This document shows, piece by piece, positions 50,068-59,335 of a stretch of 59,335 nt of DNA. How positions within the stretch are numbered: position 1 is the first letter of the stretch; each line of letters starts with the position of its first letter. The translations under genes and the position numbers were made by a program. Origin of the DNA: an uncultured Ruminococcus sp. (lineage in GTDB: Bacteria; Bacillota; Clostridia; Oscillospirales; Acutalibacteraceae); the NCBI GenBank assembly GCA_945607165.1, contig CALYYZ010000001.1, forward strand, positions 1 to 59,335, in the 5' to 3' direction. The notes beneath the pieces are model-generated. The model searched no databases. It worked only from the letters and a program-made list of their open reading frames with translations, and had not been told where the DNA came from.

Positions 50068-51507
50068 TCAGTTGCCGTATACGCTTAAAAGTATGTTTTT
50101 AATCTCATACAGCTTTCTTGAAAGGTCAACATAGTAGGTGTGCGGATTTTCAAAACGCTTGACCTCATCCCACAAAAGTCCTACCTGCTCCCTGCAATAG
50201 TCGGCAATTTCCTGAATTGACGGAAGCCTGTACACGCATTTTCCATTTTTAAAAACAGGCACCAAAAGCTCCTTTGCGGTGAAATTTGTAAGAGTTTTGG
50301 TTTTCCAGGTGGCGTTGGGGTCGAAAATCGTGCGGGGTCTAGTGTCGTCAACAACCTCGTCATATACGCACAGCTCGTCGGCAAGAGCCTTTGAGCTTTC
50401 ATTGTCAAAATATCTGTAAACCTTTTTAAAGTGAGGATTTGTAATCTTTGCGGTGTTTTCGCTGACCTTGATTTTCGGCACAATCTCTCCGCTGTTATTC
50501 TCAACGGCAACAAGCTTGTATACTCCGCCGAATACGGGTGAGCTTGAGGAGGTTATAAGCCTTTCGCCGACGCCGAACTTGTCGATTTTTGCGCCCTGCA
50601 TCATTAGGTCACGGATAAGATACTCGTCAAGGGAGTTTGAGGCGGTAATTTTGCAGTTTTGCAGTCCTGCTTCATCAAGCATTTTTCTCGCCTTCTTTGA
50701 GAGATACGAAATATCTCCCGAATCAAGCCTGATTCCGCACTCGGTCTTTCCCTGAGGCAAAAGGATTTCCCTGAAAACCCTGATTGCATTGGGAACACCG
50801 CTTTTTAAGGTGTTGTAGGTGTCAACTAGCAGGGTGGGGTTGTCGGGATACAGCTCGCAGTAGGCCTTGAAAGCGTCGTATTCATTGTCGAACATCTGAA
50901 TCCAGGAGTGCGCCATTGTTCCTCCGGCGGGAACTCCGTATATACGGTCTGTCAGTGTACAGGCTGTGCCGACACAGCCGCCGATATATGCAGCTCGTGC
51001 ACCCTCAACAGCGCCGCTTGCGCCCTGCGCCCGGCGGGAACCAAACTCAATTACTGCGTTTCCCTGAGCCGCCCGTACAATTCTGTTTGCCTTGGTTGCA
51101 ATCAGAGTCTGGTGGTTAAGAGCCAGCAAAACATAGGTTTCAATCAGCTGAGCTTCAATGGCAGGAGCCTTAACGGTCATAATAGGCTCGTTTGGGAACA
51201 CGGGAGTTCCCTCGGGAACGGCATAGATATCTCCGGTGAATCTGAAGTCCCTGAGAAAATTAAGAAATTCCTCGTCAAAGATTTTTTTGCCCCTGAGAAA
51301 ATCAATGTCATCTTCGCTGAAATGAAGCTCGTTAATATACTCAACAACCTGCTCAAGTCCTGCGGCAATGGCAAAACCGCCGTTGTCGGGAACCTTGCGG
51401 AAGAACACATCAAAGTATACATTTTGTTTATAAAAACCGTTTTTAAAATATCCGTTAGACATTGTGAATTCATAAAAATCACAAAGCATTGAAAGATTGT
51501 GTTTCAT
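50068..51507 (-). CDS. pncB: Nicotinate phosphoribosyltransferase
   Basis: DFYEFTM, EFGSRRAQG, GTMAHSW, LVDTY, GIRLDSGD, GGVYKLV. Confidence 0.95.
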   Translation of the reverse strand: MKHNLSMLCDFYEFTMSNGYFKNGFYKQNVYFDVFFRKVPDNGGFAIAAGLEQVVEYINELHFSEDDIDFLRGKKIFDEEFLNFLRDFRFTGDIYAVPEGTPVFPNEPIMTVKAPAIEAQLIETYVLLALNHQTLIATKANRIVRAAQGNAVIEFGSRRAQGASGAVEGARAAYIGGCVGTACTLTDRIYGVPAGGTMAHSWIQMFDNEYDAFKAYCELYPDNPTLLVDTYNTLKSGVPNAIRVFREILLPQGKTECGIRLDSGDISYLSKKARKMLDEAGLQNCKITASNSLDEYLIRDLMMQGAKIDKFGVGERLITSSSSPVFGGVYKLVAVENNSGEIVPKIKVSENTAKITNPHFKKVYRYFDNESSKALADELCVYDEVVDDTRPRTIFDPNATWKTKTLTNFTAKELLVPVFKNGKCVYRLPSIQEIADYCREQVGLLWDEVKRFENPHTYYVDLSRKLYEIKNILLSVYGN

Positions 51508-51647
51508 AGCAACAGCTCCGTAAAAAATCATCAAGTCAAGTTTAGCATTTTTTATTAATTTTGTAAAGACAGGTTTACAGCATTTGCGACCGGTAGTATA
51601 ATATGATTATTAGATTTTAAATTTATGTTAGTGCGAGGTGTCCTGAT

Positions 51648-51812
51648 ATGAAGGAAAACGAAATAAAGCTCTGTCCGTTTTGTGAAAGCACAATGGTAGG
51701 ATATGAGGCAGATGAAAAGGTCAGCGAGCCTTATTTTGAGTGTCCCACCTGCGGACTGAGGTTTAGGCAGGAGGGCTTTGATACAGCACCTGTTGAAATA
51801 AAAGAAAGTTAA
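51648..51812 (+). CDS. 54-aa Zn-ribbon protein (not in ORF track)
   Basis: MKENEIKLCPFCESTMVGYEADEKVSEPYFECPTCGLRFRQEGFDTAPVEIKES; RBS gaggtg; TTTACA-17 nt-TATAAT upstream. Confidence 0.65.
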   Translation: MKENEIKLCPFCESTMVGYEADEKVSEPYFECPTCGLRFRQEGFDTAPVEIKES

Positions 51813-52498
51813 GGAGCTTCGCCCGTAAGAAATTCAATGCTGCGCTCGATTGCGTCCTTTTCCTTGCCCCACTGCCTGCCCTGTCTTCTGTAGTCGAACA
51901 TTGAGCAGAAGGTTGTAATATCGTCCTTTAGCTCCTGAAGATAGTTTTTGCAAAGCCTTGCGGTTTCATCGTGAAAGTCGGCAAGATATTTTGACGGGAT
52001 ACCTCCCTTTGCCGCAGCCGCCTGCATTACAAAGTCATAGTGCTTTAAGCATATATAGGGCTGTTCGTTGTAGAGTGTTCTAAACTCCTCGCCCTTTATC
52101 CACTCGGCAAATACGGTGGCGGTAAGGTGGTGCATATCCCACTCTATTCTGTCGCACACATAGCAGGAGTCAAGCGCGGCTTTAATTTCGTCAAGCTTCT
52201 TTTTGTCCGGCTTACCCTTTGTCTTTTTGGGCATTTTTTCATCAATAAGCTGCTGCAAATGCGACTCTAATATCAGTGCGTTCGGCAGCTTCTGACCGCT
52301 TTGAAACATTTGCGAAAAATGGCGGTGGCAAAAGCCTTTTTTGTTTGTTTCAATTCTTATGTTCGGCTCCATCATAGCGTCGCCTGTGACAAAGTCAACA
52401 TACTGCTCTTCAAGCATTTTTTCCATTGAGCAGAACGGACAGCCGTTTTTGGGCAAAAATAAATCGTTTATCGGTATAGTGCATATAGTCTCTTTCAT
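51809..52498 (-). CDS. DUF6062-like Cys/His-rich protein
   Basis: CPFC, GFCHRH, CYVC, CLKH, FDYR. Confidence 0.7.
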   Translation of the reverse strand: MKETICTIPINDLFLPKNGCPFCSMEKMLEEQYVDFVTGDAMMEPNIRIETNKKGFCHRHFSQMFQSGQKLPNALILESHLQQLIDEKMPKKTKGKPDKKKLDEIKAALDSCYVCDRIEWDMHHLTATVFAEWIKGEEFRTLYNEQPYICLKHYDFVMQAAAAKGGIPSKYLADFHDETARLCKNYLQELKDDITTFCSMFDYRRQGRQWGKEKDAIERSIEFLTGEAP

Positions 52499-52609
52499 AA
52501 CTATCCTCCGGATATAAATATAAAATGTAACAGGATAAAATCAATATAATTATTGTAACATAAAACCGTAAAATATGATACGGTTTCCTAAAATAAAAGG
52601 GGTGAAATT

Positions 52610-53446
52610 TTGAAATATACGGTACAAAACAATATCGTCAGGATAAGCGGTGTAAGTGACCTTGATTTGGAGCAGACTCTCGACTGCGGACAAAGCTTCC
52701 GCTGGACAAAACAGCCTGACGGCTCCTTCAAGGGAGTAGCCTTCAACCGTCTTGTGCGTGTATGGCTTGAGGACGAGGATTTGTATATTGAAAATTCAAA
52801 TGCAGAGGACTTTGAAAATATATGGTATAATTACTTCGATTTGTCTCTTGACTATTCAAAGGTGAAAAATGAAATAAGCAAAATACATCCTGTTTTGGCT
52901 CAGGCGGCAAGTTATGCTCCCGGCATACATATTTTAAGGCAGGAGCCGTATGAAGCACTCTGCACCTTTATTATATCTCAAAACAACAATATTAAGCGCA
53001 TAAAGGGGATAGTGCAAAGGCTTTGCGAAAGCTTCGGAGAGCAGATTGCGCCGAATGAGTTTGCTTTTCCCACCGCAGAACGAATGTCACGGCTTACTGC
53101 CGAAGATTTAGCTGTTCTTCGTGCAGGTTTCAGGGCAAGATATCTTATTGACGCCGCAAAAAAGGTTGCCGCCGGAGAGGTTGACCTTGAAAAGTGCCGC
53201 ACTGCGGACTATGAAACGGCAAGGGCTGAGCTTATGAAGATTGTCGGCGTGGGTACAAAGGTTGCCGACTGCACCCTGCTTTTCGGAATGTACCGAATTG
53301 AAGCGTTCCCGATTGATGTGTGGATGAAAAGAGCAATGGAAAGACTTTTTCCCGGAATGACAGCTTCGGATTTCGGCGAGTATGCAGGTATTGCTCAGCA
53401 GTATATTTTTCACTACAGCCGAATGAACCCTGAGCTGTTTTCTTAG
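52610..53446 (+). CDS. 8-oxoguanine DNA glycosylase (OGG1-like, HhH-GPD)
   Basis: TLDCGQSFRW, SQNNNIKRI, GVGTKVADC, FPIDVW, YAGIAQQYIF. Confidence 0.9.
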   Translation: MKYTVQNNIVRISGVSDLDLEQTLDCGQSFRWTKQPDGSFKGVAFNRLVRVWLEDEDLYIENSNAEDFENIWYNYFDLSLDYSKVKNEISKIHPVLAQAASYAPGIHILRQEPYEALCTFIISQNNNIKRIKGIVQRLCESFGEQIAPNEFAFPTAERMSRLTAEDLAVLRAGFRARYLIDAAKKVAAGEVDLEKCRTADYETARAELMKIVGVGTKVADCTLLFGMYRIEAFPIDVWMKRAMERLFPGMTASDFGEYAGIAQQYIFHYSRMNPELFS

Positions 53447-53619
53447 GGAAACACTGAATAAATCACATCATAAGATTGTTTGCACATCTTGCTTGCATAT
53501 TTTCCGTCAGCCTGCCCAAAAAAGTCCTCGTAATGCGTCAGCATTACTGCGGTTTGTTTGTGCAACCTGACAAAAAATCTGACGGCACAATATGCACAAA
53601 CGATTTAATCAGTGTTTCC
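53447..53619 (+). mobile_element. 173-bp MITE with IS5-like termini and TTAG target duplication
   Basis: TIR GGAAACACTGAATAAATC / GATTTAATCAGTGTTTCC; TTAG at 53443-53446 and 53620-53623; no transposase. Confidence 0.8.
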
Positions 53620-53669
53620 TTAGCCTTCTAAAAAAGCTCCCTTGCACAAAGGGAGCCGTTGTGATTTAT

Positions 53670-54365
53670 TCAGTGTATTCTTTGCATAAGATTCATTTTT
53701 CTTGTAATTCTTCTAAAGCTAAGGCTTACCGTGTTCAAATATGCGGCAAGAGTTAAGGCAATCGGAAGCAAACAAAACCATATTGATGAAACCGAAAACA
53801 AAAGACTTGTCACGCACGACAGCGCAACACCGCTGTGAAAGCTGAGCAATGTAAGACAATAAAAGGCTGCTCTGTGCTTTTGCGCTTCATCTCGGTCAAT
53901 AATGAATTTTGTCGATGACATTACAGCCTCACGCAGATTATTTGTTGAAAAAACAGTTGAGCTTACATATTCTCCCGACTTTCTGAATGCATACCACTGA
54001 ACAGGCATAGCGAAAAGTATCGGCAAAATTGCGGTGTAAGGATTTGAAACGCTCGGCAAAAGCCCCAAAACGATTACAGCAATACTGCTCGTGACAAGAC
54101 TTACAAGCTTGAGGTCGAGCTTAATAAGTCTTTCGGCAAGAACGGCAAATACATTGCCTGCAACATATGCCGAAAATGCCATAATCAAATATATTATGCC
54201 TGAAAAATCTGCGCTGAACAGCTTTATAACCAAATGTATGAGATTTGCGGTTTGTGCGTTTCCGAAAATATCGCAATGGTTAAATATTGCGTAGCCGCCC
54301 ATAAATCCGCCTATAATGCTTGCGGCATAGTGCAGATGATATTTCCTTTTTAGATTCTTGTTCAT
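53670..54365 (-). CDS. YoaK/DUF1275 membrane protein
   Basis: GGFMGGYA, FGNAQTANL, STVFSTNNLR; multiple TM segments. Confidence 0.82.
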   Translation of the reverse strand: MNKNLKRKYHLHYAASIIGGFMGGYAIFNHCDIFGNAQTANLIHLVIKLFSADFSGIIYLIMAFSAYVAGNVFAVLAERLIKLDLKLVSLVTSSIAVIVLGLLPSVSNPYTAILPILFAMPVQWYAFRKSGEYVSSTVFSTNNLREAVMSSTKFIIDRDEAQKHRAAFYCLTLLSFHSGVALSCVTSLLFSVSSIWFCLLPIALTLAAYLNTVSLSFRRITRKMNLMQRIH

Positions 54366-54458
54366 TTCGTTATTTCCCCTTTAATCCAAGGGTATTATAC
54401 CACATTGACTTTGTATAATAAAATACATATAATATATGCATAAATATATCAAAAAGGT

Positions 54459-55379
54459 ATGGTGAGAGCCTTGGATATAAGAGATTTAAAATATTTTTTG
54501 GCACTTGCTCAGGAGGGGACTGTCACAAAGGCTGCCGAAAAGCTCTGTATTTCACAGCCTCCCCTGAGCCGACAGCTCAGGGATTTGGAGAATGAGCTGG
54601 GAGTAACCCTGTTTTACCGAGGAAAAAGGCATATTGAGCTGAGCGAAGAGGGAATATATCTAAAGCAGCAGGCGGAGGAAATTCTTTCGCTTCTTGACAT
54701 AACCGAAAACCGACTTCAGGCAAAAAACAATGAAGCAAACGGAACAATATCCTTGGGAGTTACAGAGGGCTGCGGAGCAGGGGTTCTGTCAGACCTGATT
54801 GTTGAGTTTAACAGGCTGTATCCCAATGTTAATTATGATGTATGGTCTTCCGGCAGTCAGGAGATCGGAGAAAGGCTTTCAAAGGGACTTTTTGACATAG
54901 GCGTAGTCCGTGAGCCGTTCAATGCGCTGAAATTCGAGTCGATATCGCTCAGACGGGAATCGTGGATGATAATTATGAGCAAGGATCATCCCCTCGCCAA
55001 AACAGACGGCAAAGAAATAGAGCTTTCCGAGCTTAACAGTCAGTCGCTCATTGTACCCTCACGAACTCCGATGGTTGACGAAATTAACAGCTGGTTCAAT
55101 GAACAGGGAACGAAACGCAGAATAATCTGCCGATACAATGCCCTTGCCGCTGTTTTGCCGCTGATAGAAAACGGACTCGGAGTAGGGGTTGCCGCCGAGT
55201 CGGCATACAGATTTACAGACTCGGATAAATTTGTTTATAAATATATCGCAAATCCGCCGAGATATTCAAATCTTTTGATGATAAGACGGAGAAGTAAAAT
55301 AATCCCCGAAGCGGCAACGCTGTTTTGGAGCTTTGCACAAGATTTTGCACAGGATAAGGAGAACATATGGAAAAAATAA
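54459..55379 (+). CDS. LysR family regulator
   Basis: LKYFLALAQEGTVTKAAEKLCISQPPLSRQLRDLENELG; divergent from the YoaK gene. Confidence 0.95.
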   Translation: MVRALDIRDLKYFLALAQEGTVTKAAEKLCISQPPLSRQLRDLENELGVTLFYRGKRHIELSEEGIYLKQQAEEILSLLDITENRLQAKNNEANGTISLGVTEGCGAGVLSDLIVEFNRLYPNVNYDVWSSGSQEIGERLSKGLFDIGVVREPFNALKFESISLRRESWMIIMSKDHPLAKTDGKEIELSELNSQSLIVPSRTPMVDEINSWFNEQGTKRRIICRYNALAAVLPLIENGLGVGVAAESAYRFTDSDKFVYKYIANPPRYSNLLMIRRRSKIIPEAATLFWSFAQDFAQDKENIWKK

Positions 55380-56194
55380 AGCTGCTTGCCTTTGACCTTG
55401 ACGGGACCGTACTGACAAGTGAAAACACCCTGCCCGAAAGCGTAAGGCAGTCACTTATACGGGCGGCTGAAAGCGGAGTTGTGCTTGCTGCCGCCAGCGG
55501 CAGACCCTACGGTTCAATGCCCGAAAGCATATTGAGCCTTAGGGGGCTTTCCTTTTGTATTGCCTCAAACGGCGCCGCAATATATGACGGCAACGGAAAA
55601 AAGCTCTTTTCAAGCCTGCTCGACTGCAACTCGGTGAATGAGTTTTTAGAAATGACAAATGGCTGTGATTTGATATTGGAAGCGTTTATCGACGGAAAAA
55701 CCTATACAGACAAACGCTACTGTGACGATCCTGTGTCCTACGGCTGTTCACAGGCATATATTGATTATGTTAAGTCCTCACACGCAAGCGTTGAGGATAT
55801 GAGAGCCTTTGTTGCACGGCACAGCTCAGAGCTTGACAGCCTTGAGATAGTTTGTACGGACAAGGCTCTGAGAACCGAGCTTAGAAAAAAGCTTGAAAAT
55901 AATCTTAAAAATCTGTATGTGACCTCATCGTCGGAAAACTTTATCGAGCTGATGTCGGCACAGGCAACCAAGGCAAACGCAGTAAGGCATATCTGTGAAA
56001 TTACGGGAATTTCTCCTGAGCAGGCGGCTGCGTGCGGAAATGCCGATAATGATGCGGATATGATAAAATTTTGCGGACTCGGAGCAGCGGTGAAAAACTC
56101 GTCACCCCTGTGTCTCGGTTCGGCTGACATTGTGATTCCGTCAAATAATGAGTTCGGAGTTTGCGAGCTTGTTAATATTATTCTGAATTACTGA
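55367..56194 (+). CDS. Cof-type HAD hydrolase
   Basis: FDLDGTVL, ASGRP, SNGA, TKANA, CGNADNDADM. Confidence 0.9.
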   Translation: MEKIKLLAFDLDGTVLTSENTLPESVRQSLIRAAESGVVLAAASGRPYGSMPESILSLRGLSFCIASNGAAIYDGNGKKLFSSLLDCNSVNEFLEMTNGCDLILEAFIDGKTYTDKRYCDDPVSYGCSQAYIDYVKSSHASVEDMRAFVARHSSELDSLEIVCTDKALRTELRKKLENNLKNLYVTSSSENFIELMSAQATKANAVRHICEITGISPEQAAACGNADNDADMIKFCGLGAAVKNSSPLCLGSADIVIPSNNEFGVCELVNIILNY

Positions 56195-56349
56195 AAAAAG
56201 TGCATAAAACTGCGGTGTAATACTTGTATATTATGCCGTATTTTTATTTTCGTGTAATTTATGGTGGAATATATATACAAAATATGTTAACATTAGTTTG
56301 ATGCAAGCAATTTGCACCAGAAAGAAGTTTTGAAAGGAGAATCTAACAG

Positions 56350-59335
56350 ATGAAAGGAAAAGTATTTTCAAAGGGCTTGAGCCTTGTTTTGGTGTTGAGC
56401 CTTGTACTGTCGTGCATTGCCTTTTCTTTCTCAACCGTAGGTGCAGCAACGGTTGAACCCAAAGAGGTTTCGGCAAGCACAAAGGACGCTTCCGATTTTT
56501 CTTGGGACAATGCAACAGTATATTTCCTTCTCACCGACCGTTTCAAAAACGGTAACACATCAAACGATCACGCATACAACAGAGGTCTTGACGAAAACGG
56601 CAATGTTGTAACGGGTATCGACACAAGAGGCACCTTCCACGGTGGCGACTTTGCAGGAATTACACAGGCTATCAACGAGGGCTATTTTAACGACCTCGGT
56701 GTAAACGCTTTGTGGATTTCAGCTCCCTATGAGCAGCTTCACGGCTATGTTATCGGAGATGACTCAAGCCCCAGCTTCGCTCACTATTCATATCACGGCT
56801 ACTATGTTCTTGATTACACACAGACCGACGCTAACTTCGGTACAGCCGAGGAGTTTGAGACGCTTGTTGATACTGCTCACGAGCACGGACTGAGAGTAAT
56901 TATGGATATCGTAATGAACCACTCCGCTTACAACTCGGTTTATGATATGGTTGAGTACGGCTATGGCACAGTTAAACCAGGCTGGGAGAGTAGCTACTAC
57001 AGCCATGTGAATTCAAACAAAATATATCACAGCTTCATTGATTACGACAACAATGAAGCCGATTGGGCAAACTGGTGGGGTGCAGACTGGATTCGCTGCG
57101 GAGTTGCAGGCTATACCCCGGGCGGCGGAGACGAACTCACAAGGAGTCTTGCAGGCTTGCCCGACTTCAAAACAGAGTCAACGGCTACCGTTGGTATTCC
57201 CGAGGTTCTCAAAACCAAGTGGACTAAGGAAGGCAGACTTGCTCAGGAAACAAACGAAATGAACGCTTATTTCAGCAAGACAGGCAAGGCAAAAACAGTA
57301 AGAAACATTCTTTCATACTGGCTTTCAAGCTGGGTAAGAGAATACGGTGTTGACGGCTTCCGCTGCGACACTGCAAAGCATGTTGAGTTTGCTTCCTGGA
57401 AGGAGCTTAAGGACACCTGTGTAGACGCTCTTAAGGAGTGGAGAGCAAACAATCCCACAAAGGCAGGAGCCGATTGGGACGAGGATTTCTGGATGACAGG
57501 CGAAGCCTGGGATCACGGTGTAAGCAAGGACGGATATTACACCCAGGGCGGCTTTGATTCAATGATTAACTTCTCAACCCAGGGCGGCGGACTTGTTGAT
57601 CAGGGCAAGGTTAAGGGCACCTACAACGGCTTTGCAAACGCAATAAACAATGATGACAGCTTTAATGTGCTTTCATACATTTCTTCACACGACTCTGTGC
57701 TTGCAAGAGGAGATATGATAAAAACAGGCTCAGCCTTCCTTTTACTTCCGGGCGCAGTGCAGATTTTCTACGGCGACGAAACAAACCGTCCTGTGGTACC
57801 GGGAATGTCCTTTGACGGAAACGGCGGAGCAGGACACTCGCTTAGAAGCGATATGAACTGGGATTCAATCGACGCACCCGTTCTTGATCATTGGCAGAAG
57901 GTGGGAACCTTCAGAAACAACCACATCTCTGTGGGTGCAGGCGCAAACGAAGACCTCACATCAACCTCAGGATATGCGTTCTCAAGAACCTACGATAAAA
58001 ACGGTATTTCAGACAAAATTGCAGGCTGTATTTATGCCGGCTCTAACAAGGATGTTACCATTGATGTATCATCTCTTTGGGAAGACGGTCAGCCCCTTGT
58101 AAACGCTTATGACCAGTCCTCTGCTGTTGTGCAGAACGGTAAGGTTACCTTTAACAGCGGAGCAAACGGAACAATTCTTATTCAGGTGCCGGACGGCAGA
58201 CCGCTTCTTAATGTTAAGGGCAAATCAAACTTCTCAGGAACACAGACCCTCACGGTTTCTCTTGAGGAGTGTGACAGTGCAAAATGCTCAGTTGACGGCG
58301 GCAACAAGTTTATTGTTAAAAACGGTGACACCTTTGAGATAGGTAACACTGCTTATGAAGGAAACACAATCAAGGTAACTCTTGAGGCTGAAAATGAAAA
58401 AGGAGCTTCAACAGCAACCTTTACCTTTACGAAGGTAAAACCCGGCACAGGTGATACTGACCCCACCGGACCTGCCCCCGAAAAGAAGCAGGGCAAGCTT
58501 GTTGTAAAGACGGCCGACGGCTCGGCTCCCTATGCCTATGTATGGACAGGCAGCGACAAAGCCGTTTGCGGTGCTTGGCCGGGAACAAAGATTACCGAAA
58601 AGGACGCAAGCGGAAACTATGTGCTGAGCCTTAACACAACCGATACCTACAATGTAGTATTAAATAACGGAGGCAATGATAAGAAGAGCCTCGACATCAA
58701 AAACCTTTACGGAACATCGGTAATTGAGTTAAGCTCAAGCTATGCTGCAACCGTGAAATCGACAGAGAGCGATGGCTCGGGAACTCCCTCAACAGGAGAG
58801 TCTGTTACAATCAGAGTAAAGCCCTTTGACAATTCAGACCTTTACCTCTATGTTTGGGATGACGAAGGTACAGCGTACAACGGTGGATTCCCGGGATCAA
58901 AGCTCACCGAAAAGGATGAGAACGGCAACTACATTTTCGTCGCAAACGGTGCATCAACAGTAAGCGCTGTTGTAAGCAAGGGTAGTAATCAGAACCAGAC
59001 CTCCAACATTACAGGCCTTTCAGGCGATGTTACCATTATAATTACAAATGCAGCCTGCACAGAAAACAAGGTAGAAAAGGAGGAAATACCCTTAAGCGGT
59101 ATGCCCCTTCTTGTTCAGGAGGCGAGAGAGGTTAAGGCTATGACAGCTTCTGACTATACATCACAAAGCTGGAGCAAGGTTAATTCTCTTATGCCCGCGG
59201 TTGATGCGCTAATCGCCTTGGGAGCAGACGCACCCGAGGAGGATATTACCGCAAAGACCGAAGAGCTTAAGGCGGCAAAGGCAGCATTGGTAATAGCATA
59301 TCCCTCGCTTTCATATGCAGTCAAGGGACAGTCAA
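56350..59335 (+). CDS. Secreted multimodular GH13 alpha-amylase (partial; runs off the window end)
   Basis: Signal peptide MKGKVFSKGLSLVLVL...; WDNATVYFLLTDRF, HGGDF.G, YHGYY, DIVMNH, DGFRCDTAKH, TGEAW, SHD; two CBM26-like modules (YAYVW...AWPG; YLYVWD...FPG); absent from the ORF track, consistent with no stop before the end. Confidence 0.9.
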   Translation, partial: MKGKVFSKGLSLVLVLSLVLSCIAFSFSTVGAATVEPKEVSASTKDASDFSWDNATVYFLLTDRFKNGNTSNDHAYNRGLDENGNVVTGIDTRGTFHGGDFAGITQAINEGYFNDLGVNALWISAPYEQLHGYVIGDDSSPSFAHYSYHGYYVLDYTQTDANFGTAEEFETLVDTAHEHGLRVIMDIVMNHSAYNSVYDMVEYGYGTVKPGWESSYYSHVNSNKIYHSFIDYDNNEADWANWWGADWIRCGVAGYTPGGGDELTRSLAGLPDFKTESTATVGIPEVLKTKWTKEGRLAQETNEMNAYFSKTGKAKTVRNILSYWLSSWVREYGVDGFRCDTAKHVEFASWKELKDTCVDALKEWRANNPTKAGADWDEDFWMTGEAWDHGVSKDGYYTQGGFDSMINFSTQGGGLVDQGKVKGTYNGFANAINNDDSFNVLSYISSHDSVLARGDMIKTGSAFLLLPGAVQIFYGDETNRPVVPGMSFDGNGGAGHSLRSDMNWDSIDAPVLDHWQKVGTFRNNHISVGAGANEDLTSTSGYAFSRTYDKNGISDKIAGCIYAGSNKDVTIDVSSLWEDGQPLVNAYDQSSAVVQNGKVTFNSGANGTILIQVPDGRPLLNVKGKSNFSGTQTLTVSLEECDSAKCSVDGGNKFIVKNGDTFEIGNTAYEGNTIKVTLEAENEKGASTATFTFTKVKPGTGDTDPTGPAPEKKQGKLVVKTADGSAPYAYVWTGSDKAVCGAWPGTKITEKDASGNYVLSLNTTDTYNVVLNNGGNDKKSLDIKNLYGTSVIELSSSYAATVKSTESDGSGTPSTGESVTIRVKPFDNSDLYLYVWDDEGTAYNGGFPGSKLTEKDENGNYIFVANGASTVSAVVSKGSNQNQTSNITGLSGDVTIIITNAACTENKVEKEEIPLSGMPLLVQEAREVKAMTASDYTSQSWSKVNSLMPAVDALIALGADAPEEDITAKTEELKAAKAALVIAYPSLSYAVKGQS

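Noticed and set aside
56284-56316. LacI/cre-type operator upstream of the amylase (ATGTTAACAT; TGCAA-N5-TTGCA)
   Set aside because: Short palindromes without the central CG or typical spacing; too weak to call.

Overview
Replication-origin region of a gut-type Clostridia chromosome, most likely Oscillospirales/Ruminococcaceae-like (inferred from gene content). Left to right: (1) tRNA-fMet followed by a tandem ~238-bp structured mini-element that duplicates the tRNA 3' half. (2) dnaA-oriC-dnaN-yaaA-recF-remB, two CxxC membrane proteins, gyrB, a thioesterase, gyrA, a lipoprotein and rplM-rpsI. (3) A ~14.7-kb integrative mobilizable element in the 3' end of rpsI (13388-28105). Its backbone is a tyrosine integrase, repressor, xis-like gene, AAA_25 Rep, MobV relaxase and TnpV. 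Its AT-rich cargo is Fic, a putative sRNA, a Zn-ribbon peptide plus DUF2188, an AlwI-family type IIS R-M system and a metallophosphoesterase-STAND NTPase followed by a highly structured 104-bp element. (4) A polar amino-acid ABC importer, an FHA-FHA-ABC exporter and a Crp regulator. (5) The rpmH-rnpA-yidD-yidC-jag-mnmE-mnmG-rsmG-noc-parA-parB-serS block with two parS sites, placed downstream of and pointing toward dnaA, with a 3x108-bp palindromic repeat upstream of noc. (6) Housekeeping genes (nth, leuCD, pncB, OGG glycosylase, LysR, HADs), IS5-like MITEs, and a multimodular GH13 amylase running off the right edge. No CRISPR array or rRNA was seen. All family assignments come from reading motifs by eye; no searches were run.
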